64,000 nt of DNA, from NCBI GenBank assembly GCA_039589395.1, contig JBDHHK010000001.1, positions 13,382 through 77,381 on the forward strand. The letters run 5' to 3'. The position numbers were made by a program, and so were the translations under genes. A model generated the notes under the pieces. The model saw nothing but the letters and a program-made list of their open reading frames with translations, did not search any database and had not been told where the DNA came from. Of the stretch, positions 10,512 to 18,393 are shown piece by piece (within the stretch, counting starts at the first letter, position 1; every line of letters begins with the position of its first letter). Source of the stretch: Gemmatimonadota bacterium. Its GTDB lineage: Bacteria > Gemmatimonadota > Gemmatimonadetes > Gemmatimonadales > GWC2-71-9.

Positions 10512-11072
10512 ATGATCGAATCACGCGTTTTTGTGCCGACTCAGGCCTTTCTGACCAAAGGCGTGGGACGCCACAAGGAGAAGTTGACGAGCTTCGAGAT
10601 GGCATTGCGCCAGGCTTGCATCGCCCAATACAACCTGGTGAGAGTAAGCTCCATTTGGCCGCCCCACTGCCGTATGATCTCGCGCGAGAAGGGCCTAAGG
10701 TGTCTGAGCCCGGGACAAATCATCTTTGCGGTGGTGGCTGAAGCAGCCACCAGCGAACCGTCACGAAGAGCAACAGCGTCCATAGGATTGGCGATCCCTG
10801 CAAATCCTGCGCAGTACGGCTACATATCGGAGCACCACGCCTTTGGCATGCGCCGGTCGGCCGCAGGGGACTATGCAGAAGATCTGGCAGCGAGCATGCT
10901 GGCAACCGTCCTGGGAGTACCGTTCGACCCAGACCAAGCCTGGGATGAGAGAAAGGAACAGTGGAAACTTTCGGGCAAGATCGTGAAGACGAGAAACATG
11001 TCGTGCACCGCCGAGGCCAAAGATGACGGAAAGTGGGTCACCGTTATCAGCGCCGTGGTTTTCTGCGGATGA
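10512..11072 (+). CDS. pdaD: pyruvoyl-dependent arginine decarboxylase
   Basis: N-terminus VPTQAFLTKGVGRHKEKLTSFEMALR and the self-cleavage-type VRVSSIWPP motif (Ser-Ser). The size (186 aa) is typical, and agmatinase follows directly. Confidence 0.8.
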   Translation: MIESRVFVPTQAFLTKGVGRHKEKLTSFEMALRQACIAQYNLVRVSSIWPPHCRMISREKGLRCLSPGQIIFAVVAEAATSEPSRRATASIGLAIPANPAQYGYISEHHAFGMRRSAAGDYAEDLAASMLATVLGVPFDPDQAWDERKEQWKLSGKIVKTRNMSCTAEAKDDGKWVTVISAVVFCG

Positions 11073-12007
11073 ATGAATTCAGAGATAGGGGTGCTCCTCA
11101 AGACTTGCCAGCTGAGTTGCGCAGGCTACCGTGGGGGCCTCCTGATTCGTTCCTAGGGGTGCCAGCGTCGGATTCCCGTTTTGAAGACTGTCCTGTTGTT
11201 GTCTTGCCCGTTCCCTACGAGGCGACTGTTTCGTACGGCACAGGAACCCGGTATGGCCCGCGCGCCATAATCCACGCGTCCAGATTTCTGGAGTTGTATG
11301 ACCACGAACTGGATGCCGAGCCGCACGAGGTTGGTATTCACACCTTGCCGGAGTTGGTGCTGCCCGATAGCGGCCCGGGCGAGGCTTTATCCGAACTGGG
11401 AGAAGCTGTCGATCTGCTACTCGACGCAGGCAAGTTCCTAGTTGTGATCGGCGGGGAGCACAGCATCTCAGGACCTATCATTCGGGCTCATGCAGATCGG
11501 ATGCCGAAGGGTAGCCTCTCGGTTCTTCAACTCGATGCGCACACTGACTTGCGTGCGGAATACGAAGGAACGCCCTACTCGCACGCATGCGCAATGTTTA
11601 CGGTACACGATCGGGTTACGCTGGTGCCGGTTGGTGTCAGGTCGATGACGTCCGAGGAACGCTCGTTGGTGCGGCAGAACGAGATTTCCGTCATTTTTGG
11701 CCATGAGCTTCAGGGAAACGACTGGATTGACCGTGCGGTGAGCGCTCTTGGCAACGACGTATACGTAACTGTCGATATCGATTACTTCGACCCTTCGCTG
11801 ATGCCATCGACGGGAACACCAGAACCCGGCGGCGGAACATGGTATCCCACGCTCGAGCTGTTGGAGCGTGTCTTCGAGGAGAAGAACGTGGTTGGATGCG
11901 ACGTCGTGGAGTTGGCGCCGACGCCCGGTATCACGGCCCCCGATGTGCTCGCCGCAAAGCTCGTGTACAAGATGATAGGTTATTACTCCAAACGCCGTGA
12001 GGCCTGA
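11069..12007 (+). CDS. speB: agmatinase (ureohydrolase family)
   Basis: Mn-binding motifs GGEHSIS, LDAHTDL and DIDYFDP. I trimmed the start from the track's 11033 to the ATG at 11069, which overlaps the pdaD stop as ATGA. Confidence 0.88.
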   Translation: MNEFRDRGAPQDLPAELRRLPWGPPDSFLGVPASDSRFEDCPVVVLPVPYEATVSYGTGTRYGPRAIIHASRFLELYDHELDAEPHEVGIHTLPELVLPDSGPGEALSELGEAVDLLLDAGKFLVVIGGEHSISGPIIRAHADRMPKGSLSVLQLDAHTDLRAEYEGTPYSHACAMFTVHDRVTLVPVGVRSMTSEERSLVRQNEISVIFGHELQGNDWIDRAVSALGNDVYVTVDIDYFDPSLMPSTGTPEPGGGTWYPTLELLERVFEEKNVVGCDVVELAPTPGITAPDVLAAKLVYKMIGYYSKRREA

Positions 12008-12022
12008 GCACTTCGGAACGCT

Positions 12023-12946
12023 GTGACCGCAGACCGCGATTTCAGAGACCCTCGGCTGACCGAACAGCGGAACCGGCGAACGGCGGGCATCGATGTTGCG
12101 TCATCAATCGAGATCGTAGAGCTGCTCAACGCTGAAGACCGCACGGTTGCGGCCGCCGTGTACGAAGCTCGTGAAGCTGTTGCGCGCACAATCGATCACG
12201 TGGTCAATGCATTCGATCGCGGTGGACGCCTGATCTATGTCGGTGCGGGTACAAGCGGCCGCCTCGGTGTGCTGGACGCTTCGGAATGTCCTCCGACCTT
12301 TGGCGCTGACCCAGGGTTGGTTCGCGGGATCATCGCGGGTGGCAAAGATGCGCTAACCCGGAGTCAAGAAGGCGCTGAGGACAATGAAGTTGCAGGCGCT
12401 GCGGCCGTCGACGAATTGGCGGTTGGTTACAATGACGTCGTCATCGGAGTTGCCGCAAGTGGAACAACCGCCTTTGTGAACGCGGCCATCGTTCGGGCGA
12501 ACGAATGCGGTGCCTGCACAGCCTTCGTGTCATGTACGGACCCACCTGAGCGCATGACAGATCTGTGTGATGAACTCATCGTGGCAAAAGTCGGCCCCGA
12601 AGCGTTGACCGGGTCCACGCGACTCAAAGCCGGCACCGCAACCAAGATGATTCTGAATACCATCTCCACGGGGGCAATGATCAGGGCGGGTAAGGCCTAT
12701 GGAAACCTCATGGTCGACCTCACAACACTGTCCAAGAAGTTGATCGATCGAGGTGAGAGAATCGTGATGGAAGCCTGTGCAGTCGAGCGGTCCTCGGCCC
12801 GCCGCGCGATACAGGAGGCCTCTGGCAGCGTGAAGGTTGCAATAGTGATGCTTCGCCGCGGTATGGACGCAATGAAGGCGCGCCGCCTACTTGAAGAGCA
12901 CGGGGGCCGGGTGAGAGCAGTAGCGGGCGATCCGCCGCCCGTGTGA
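12023..12946 (+). CDS. murQ: N-acetylmuramic acid 6-phosphate etherase
   Basis: SIS domain with near-canonical GAGTSGRLGVLDASECPPTFG, GSTRLKAGTATKMILN and GNLMVDL motifs. GTG start. Confidence 0.9.
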   Translation: MTADRDFRDPRLTEQRNRRTAGIDVASSIEIVELLNAEDRTVAAAVYEAREAVARTIDHVVNAFDRGGRLIYVGAGTSGRLGVLDASECPPTFGADPGLVRGIIAGGKDALTRSQEGAEDNEVAGAAAVDELAVGYNDVVIGVAASGTTAFVNAAIVRANECGACTAFVSCTDPPERMTDLCDELIVAKVGPEALTGSTRLKAGTATKMILNTISTGAMIRAGKAYGNLMVDLTTLSKKLIDRGERIVMEACAVERSSARRAIQEASGSVKVAIVMLRRGMDAMKARRLLEEHGGRVRAVAGDPPPV

Positions 12947-12951
12947 CGTTG

Positions 12952-14454
12952 TTAAGGCTGGGACTGCAGTAGATTGAGGGCGTAGGTGCTAGGTACGCTC
13001 AACACTATCCGTCCGCCCGATCCTGGCTCGCCGCCGTAGAGGATGCTCACTACCTGACCCGCACGATCGAATATGGGGCTGCCACTGGCGCCCCGCGCCC
13101 CATAACCGTCGATCTGGACCAAATCGGGCAGGGTCTTCGAGACCGATCCGGCGGTGAAAGAGGTTCGGGCTATCGACCGCGATTCTCCTGCTTCGCTCAT
13201 CGGAAGGTCCGTCCCCATCGGAAATCCGATCACAGCAACCGGATCGCCCACGCCAAGAGTGTCTGGCCGCTCGTTCAAACCCTGCACGGTGGGTACACCA
13301 CCACGAATGTTCACCTTGACGATCGCGAGATCGGCTTCATTCGATACGGCGCGCAGTTGGGCCGGGTAAACCTGATAGGAGTCGGCGAACTTGATTGCGA
13401 GACGAAGCGGTCGGGCGGATCCATCTTCACCGGCTACGACGTGACGACATGTCAGCATGATGCCGTCCGATCGAACCGCGAAGGCCGTGCCTATCTGGAT
13501 GTTGCCGCCTCCCAAGTCAGCCCATATCAGGGCGACCGCTTGCTGGTTCGCATCGACGATTGAGGCGTAGTCTACATCCGCTGCCGCTTCGAGGTTCAAC
13601 AGTGCTTGGGATGCATCCGCCAACTGACGCCTGAGTTCGACAACCTCGTCGTCACTGCCGGCGGCTTGTGCCGCCGCGAGATTGCTTCTCAGACGGCCCA
13701 CGTCGGCCTGAGACTGCCTGAGCGCCTCTCCCAGTCCCTCAACCTCTCCTTCAAGTGCGCTGATGGCTGCGGCGGCTGCCTGCAGAATGCTATCGGTACG
13801 AGCCTCGATGGCCGCAATGTCGGCCTCTCGCTGGCGTCGCTGGCGGTCGGTTTGATAAAAGAAAGCACCGGCTACCGCTAAGAGCACTACGAAGAGGACA
13901 ACGGTCATCGCCCTCAATCGCCGAGTCTGTCGGCCCACCTCAATGCGAACCCGTTGCTCCGTGTTCCTCGATCTTGCAGGCTCTGGAGACGGAGCCGGCC
14001 TATCAACTGTCGGCCTGCCGGTTCCCGTCTTGCCAGCCGGCTTGGGCTCCGCGCCTTGCGGCTCTTCTGCTCTCTGAACCTTTGCGGGTTCGACAATCCC
14101 GTCAGGCGTACCATCGGCGACTAGTCTGAACTCGACGAGAGGCCCGTTGGGACCGAACCTGATCTGATCTGTATCGCCCAACGCAGTATCAGCTGTGATT
14201 GCGTGACCGTTCACGAGCGTCCCGTTCATACTGCCGCGGTCCTGGATCGTCCACCGGTTGCCTTTGAGTGTGATGACTGCGTGGCGCCCCGAGACGTCCA
14301 AATCACGATCCGGATCGAATTGCAGTTGGGACGTTGGATGTCGACCGATCTCGATCGGTGACTGGGAGTAAACGGATACCTGTCCTGTGAGGCTTCCGGT
14401 CAGGATGTGGAGTTGGGCTTTCACCTGTGGTCGCTCAGACGACCGCCAAGACAA
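12952..14454 (-). CDS. FHA domain - TM helix - coiled coil - trypsin-like (S1) serine protease fusion
   Basis: N-terminal FHA (IGRHP..VSGRHAVI..DRGSMNGTLVNG), a Pro-rich linker, and a TM helix (AMTVVLFVVLLAVAGAFFY). A coiled coil follows, then a protease with the triad context LTCRHVV / EADLAIVKV / GASGSPIFD. Confidence 0.8.
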   Translation of the reverse strand: MSWRSSERPQVKAQLHILTGSLTGQVSVYSQSPIEIGRHPTSQLQFDPDRDLDVSGRHAVITLKGNRWTIQDRGSMNGTLVNGHAITADTALGDTDQIRFGPNGPLVEFRLVADGTPDGIVEPAKVQRAEEPQGAEPKPAGKTGTGRPTVDRPAPSPEPARSRNTEQRVRIEVGRQTRRLRAMTVVLFVVLLAVAGAFFYQTDRQRRQREADIAAIEARTDSILQAAAAAISALEGEVEGLGEALRQSQADVGRLRSNLAAAQAAGSDDEVVELRRQLADASQALLNLEAAADVDYASIVDANQQAVALIWADLGGGNIQIGTAFAVRSDGIMLTCRHVVAGEDGSARPLRLAIKFADSYQVYPAQLRAVSNEADLAIVKVNIRGGVPTVQGLNERPDTLGVGDPVAVIGFPMGTDLPMSEAGESRSIARTSFTAGSVSKTLPDLVQIDGYGARGASGSPIFDRAGQVVSILYGGEPGSGGRIVLSVPSTYALNLLQSQP

Positions 14455-15466
14455 GTGCAGCGGTCACAATTACCGCCGCCGCTGCGCCGGCAGCTATCAT
14501 CGATGATCCCTGCGGCTTGGGCGGGTCGCTACCCTTGTAAACGGGCACTGGTTCAGTTGTCGATTCGGTGTCGGTCAGAGGGTAGACCTCGTGTCCTACT
14601 TCCTCTCCGTCGCCCGGTTCGGCCAGGCCGTTTCCACTAAACCGTGCGACTACCACCGTGATGTTATCAGGTCCACCCCGATCGTTGGCGAGCGAAATGA
14701 GATCGGCCGAGACCTGCACCAGGTCCTTGTCCTGAGATACAGCTTCGGCGATTTCTTCTCTGGTGACCAGCCCTGAAAGCCCGTCCGAACAAAGTAGAAC
14801 CGTGTCCCCTTGGCAAATGGCTTGGTGGGTCAAGTCGACGCGCACGCGTGCGTCAGGGCCGAGTGCCTGAAGTATGATGTTTTTGCGTTCGCTGCGCTCA
14901 GCTTCCTCCTCTGTGAGTTCACCTGCGTCGACAAGGCGTTGCATTAGCGACTGGTCCTTCGTTATCTGAGTCGCCTCACCTTCGCGCACCAGGTACGCTC
15001 TTGAATCCCCAACTTGGGTTACATAGATGTGATCGCCCAACACCCCTGCGGCTGTCATCGTCGTGCCCATTCCACGCATTTCTGGGTTCGCCTTGGCGTG
15101 GGCATGGATCTTCCGATTTGCTTCCTCCACCGACTCGCGCAACCGGAATGCGAATTGCTGGGGCGTGTCTTCGTCATCATCGAGCCAGGTTGCCAAGAGG
15201 TGTTCGAAGACGACTTCCGTTGCCATTTCACTTGCGACCTCGCCTGCAGCCGCCCCGCCCATTCCGTCGGCGACAATGAGCAAGGAGCCTTTGCGTCCTA
15301 CCTCGTGGTCGCGGACTTCGGGAAGGAGCGATGCTTTCTTTGCGGTCAAGTCTGCAACGAGGAAACAATCCTCATTGTGATCCCGCGTGCAGCCGACATC
15401 GGTCTTCCCGAATACCGAAATTCGTGTTCGCTGTTTCTTGCGTCCGAAGAGGTTCAAGTCGGGCAC
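14435..15466 (-). CDS. PP2C-family Ser/Thr phosphatase with C-terminal TM anchor
   Basis: Motifs GKTDVGCTRDHNEDCF, VADGMGG, LLCSDGL and DNITVV. C-terminal hydrophobic helix AAGAAAAVIVTAALVLAVV. Its start overlaps the kinase stop by 13 nt. Confidence 0.88.
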   Translation of the reverse strand: MPDLNLFGRKKQRTRISVFGKTDVGCTRDHNEDCFLVADLTAKKASLLPEVRDHEVGRKGSLLIVADGMGGAAAGEVASEMATEVVFEHLLATWLDDDEDTPQQFAFRLRESVEEANRKIHAHAKANPEMRGMGTTMTAAGVLGDHIYVTQVGDSRAYLVREGEATQITKDQSLMQRLVDAGELTEEEAERSERKNIILQALGPDARVRVDLTHQAICQGDTVLLCSDGLSGLVTREEIAEAVSQDKDLVQVSADLISLANDRGGPDNITVVVARFSGNGLAEPGDGEEVGHEVYPLTDTESTTEPVPVYKGSDPPKPQGSSMIAAGAAAAVIVTAALVLAVV

Positions 15467-17241
15467 CCCAATATGAACTCTTTAAAGGAGCGATAGGCCT
15501 CGTTGTCCGGCTGCAGCCTGATCGCGCGGTCGACCCAGGTGCAGGCGTCTTCCATGCTCTGTTCTTCGTAAGACTCAGCAACAATCTGCGCCGCCTTCGC
15601 CCTCATGGAGTCAGGCAGTGGCGTAATATTGTAGATCTCTTGCGCACGTCGACGGGCGTCCGCACGAACCTGATCTTCTATGTCAGGTGAAACACGCCGT
15701 CCCAATGTAACAAACTCGTCCGCGATCGTCTGTAGATTGACTTCCACTCTATCTGGCGTAGTTCCACCCGGATCAACCGTATCACGCGTGGTCGTGCCTT
15801 GGTCAGATTGAGCCGTATCGGCGGAAGCTTGTTCGTTTGCACCTCCAAGAGTCTGTTCCGGATCCGGCTCCGACTCAGCGCTGTCCCCATTCTCTGCCGT
15901 AACGAGTGCAACCTGCGAACTATCGACGCCTAAGTTGGGTGGCCCGTCGCCACCCCCGGCAACCGTCACGTATCCGACGCTTCCGACTATCCCAACCACC
16001 ACCACCGACGCCGCAATTGCGAGAATCGGCTTCTTCTTCGGCTCCTTAGATGCAGCTTGAGGCATGGGCGCTTCAGGGGTGGGTGGCGTCGTCTCGTCCA
16101 GAACTTCGGTAGCATCGTCAGCCACATCAGCTGCGGCTGTGACGTCACCGTCCAAATCGCTCACTGCAACCGTAGCCTGGGGTTCAGACAGCCTGGTCTT
16201 CTGTAGTTGTTCCGTCACAGCCGGGTCAGACGGTCCAGTATCCAGGAGCTGGGTCGCACCTTGCGTGTCGATCGGAGGTGCGGACTCCATCGGTGGAGCG
16301 CTAGCGATTGCTTCGATCGCATCGCTGGCAAACTCGTCCGCGGTGGCGTAGCGATCCGAGGGCATGCGCTCCATGGCGCGATCCATCACCACCTGGAGCT
16401 GAGGTGGGAACCTGCCGCCTTGGAAGGCCTCATTCAGTCGCGCAGGTTCGTCCGTAAGCCGCTTGATCATCACTTCCTGCGCGCTGTCCGCCTGGAATGG
16501 CAGTGTACCCGTGATCATTCGGAAGAAGACCAGCGACAATGAATACACATCGCTGCGGCCGTCCAGTTGATCACCCGACAGCTGCTCGGGGCTCATGTAC
16601 TCCGGTGTTCCCACTACGAGTCCCGTACGTGTTACGTTCTGACCTTCTTCACCTCCCATCGCCTTCGCAATCCCGAAGTCAACGACCTTCACCAGGTCCG
16701 ATCCGTCACGGGCCTTGGCGATCATGATGTTGTCTGGCTTCAGATCTCTGTGGACGATGCCAAGCTCGTGAGCGGCTTGGAGAGCATCACCTGTCTGCTT
16801 GAGAATTGCGCTGGCACGCCAGAGGTCGAGGGGGCCTTCACGTTTTATTAGGTCGGTGAGGGCTTCGCCCTCGATGTACTCCATAGCAAGGAAAATCGTT
16901 CCGTCGGAGGTTTCTCCGAAGTCGTAGATGGCGCAGACGTTTACATGGTTGATGCTTGCGGCGTTTGCGGCTTCACGGTTGAATCGCGCGATCGCGTCTG
17001 TGTCCTGCGCAAGCGATTGCGTCATCACTTTGATCGCGCTCTTGCGGCCCATCTTCACGTGCTCGCCGAGATAGACGGCGCCCATTCCCCCCTCACCCAG
17101 CTTCTTTATGATATGGTAGCTCTGCAAGACCCCGCCGACGATGCTTTCCTCTCCGCCGGCGATCTTTAGCGCAGATCCATCTTTAGGGCAAAACTTCGTA
17201 TCGTCAGGCCACTCTGCGCCACACGTCGTACAGATCTTCAA
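15454..17241 (-). CDS. Hanks-type Ser/Thr protein kinase with N-terminal zinc ribbon, TM helix and extracytoplasmic helical domain
   Basis: N-terminal CTTCG..FCPKDG zinc ribbon. Kinase motifs GEGGMGAVY, AIKV, HRDLKPDNIM, DFGIAK and GTPEYMSPE. TM helix ILAIAASVVVVGIVGSVGYV. The TTG start overlaps the upstream stop (TTGA). Confidence 0.9.
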   Translation of the reverse strand: MKICTTCGAEWPDDTKFCPKDGSALKIAGGEESIVGGVLQSYHIIKKLGEGGMGAVYLGEHVKMGRKSAIKVMTQSLAQDTDAIARFNREAANAASINHVNVCAIYDFGETSDGTIFLAMEYIEGEALTDLIKREGPLDLWRASAILKQTGDALQAAHELGIVHRDLKPDNIMIAKARDGSDLVKVVDFGIAKAMGGEEGQNVTRTGLVVGTPEYMSPEQLSGDQLDGRSDVYSLSLVFFRMITGTLPFQADSAQEVMIKRLTDEPARLNEAFQGGRFPPQLQVVMDRAMERMPSDRYATADEFASDAIEAIASAPPMESAPPIDTQGATQLLDTGPSDPAVTEQLQKTRLSEPQATVAVSDLDGDVTAAADVADDATEVLDETTPPTPEAPMPQAASKEPKKKPILAIAASVVVVGIVGSVGYVTVAGGGDGPPNLGVDSSQVALVTAENGDSAESEPDPEQTLGGANEQASADTAQSDQGTTTRDTVDPGGTTPDRVEVNLQTIADEFVTLGRRVSPDIEDQVRADARRRAQEIYNITPLPDSMRAKAAQIVAESYEEQSMEDACTWVDRAIRLQPDNEAYRSFKEFILGCPT

Positions 17242-18296
17242 GGAGCCTCCAGCCGAATCATCTTGTCGCCGACCAGAAGCCTGGTGCCCGGTTCTATCAA
17301 CACTCTACCTCTGACCGACACGGCCACTCCGTTTCTGCTACCCGCATCGCAAACGACGAAATCGGCATCTTCAGAGCGAATCTCGGCGTGAAGCCCGCTC
17401 ATCGAAGGATCGTAGGGGAATACCCAGTCACCGCGTTCTCTGCCAATTCCGAGATGCCTACCCGGTGAGAGATGTATGGTATCCCGCTGTGATCCGTCGC
17501 TGCGCAATTGCACCAGGCGTGCAATGTCAGCGCTTGGAACCAAGCTGCCCATTCGGCGTGTCGCGTCGCTTTCGGGAGGCTGTGGTCCCGGGTAGCCTAG
17601 TCGCCGGAAGAGAAGTACCTGCGAGCCGACCAGGACGAGATCTCCATCGTCCAATCGGTGTGGTTCTGATATGAACATCCAGGTTCCGTTTCGACTCCCC
17701 AAATCTCGCAGGGTGTATCGCTCGTCGACGGCAGAGATCTTCGCGTGCAGAGGAGACATGAAGGGATCGTCATCGAACTCGATGTCGGCTCCGTCACGTC
17801 CAATGGTTGTCTCATGTCCGGCGAGCGAACGCATATCAAGTGTTTCACCAGTTTCGGATAGCACAACGATCTTGCCGAGGCTGGCAGCCTGTCTCGCCGA
17901 GTAGGCTGAGGTGCGCGGCTGTCCGCTGGGAGATGACCCGACTCCCAAGCCACACGCTGCGCAGAACTGCGCACCCCTCACTATCGGCGTCCCGCATTTT
18001 TGGCAGCTCGGTACTCCTTCCATCTGAGCGGAGACCTGCCTTCCGCATGACGGGCAAAACGGCAATCCCCCAACCCGCGGGGTGCCGCACTCGGGGCAGT
18101 TGCTGGGCCCGCTGCCGGCAGCGGGCGCGTTTGCGGCTGAGGGTTGATTGCTGTCCGCGATATTGGTGTTCTTGGGGGATGAAGCGTCCGGTGACTGGCC
18201 TAAGGCCATTCCACAGTCGCCGCAAAACGGGGACGCATCATCGTTCTCACGGCCGCAATGTGTACAGGTTGGCACGTGACGAATGGCTCCAATCAA
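17238..18296 (-). CDS. triple zinc-ribbon / double FHA domain protein
   Basis: Three CxxCG-N8-13-FCxxCG ribbons (CTHCG..FCGDCG, CPECG..FCPSCG, CQKCG..FCAACG). Two FHA cores follow (TIGRDG..SPLHAKI..GSRNGTW and GIGRER..SGLHAEI..GSRNGV). Confidence 0.85.
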   Translation of the reverse strand: MIGAIRHVPTCTHCGRENDDASPFCGDCGMALGQSPDASSPKNTNIADSNQPSAANAPAAGSGPSNCPECGTPRVGGLPFCPSCGRQVSAQMEGVPSCQKCGTPIVRGAQFCAACGLGVGSSPSGQPRTSAYSARQAASLGKIVVLSETGETLDMRSLAGHETTIGRDGADIEFDDDPFMSPLHAKISAVDERYTLRDLGSRNGTWMFISEPHRLDDGDLVLVGSQVLLFRRLGYPGPQPPESDATRRMGSLVPSADIARLVQLRSDGSQRDTIHLSPGRHLGIGRERGDWVFPYDPSMSGLHAEIRSEDADFVVCDAGSRNGVAVSVRGRVLIEPGTRLLVGDKMIRLEAP

Positions 18297-18393
18297 AGTC
18301 GAAGGGCGGAAATGCCAATCTACTCTCTAGAAAAATGGTGGTCAACCAAATCAAATTGACGTACCTCATTGAATTTATGTAGGTTCCGCGACC

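Noticed and set aside
11033-11068. ORF-track N-terminal extensions for agmatinase. The same issue affects gamma-CA at 25243, ytxH at 31300, trkA at 33766, cinA at 41539, yjbQ at 45576 and permease B2 at 49773.
   Set aside because: The extensions overlap the preceding gene, have non-homologous junk sequence, and an internal ATG/GTG with an SD or a stop-start overlap matches the family N-terminus. I trimmed the starts accordingly.
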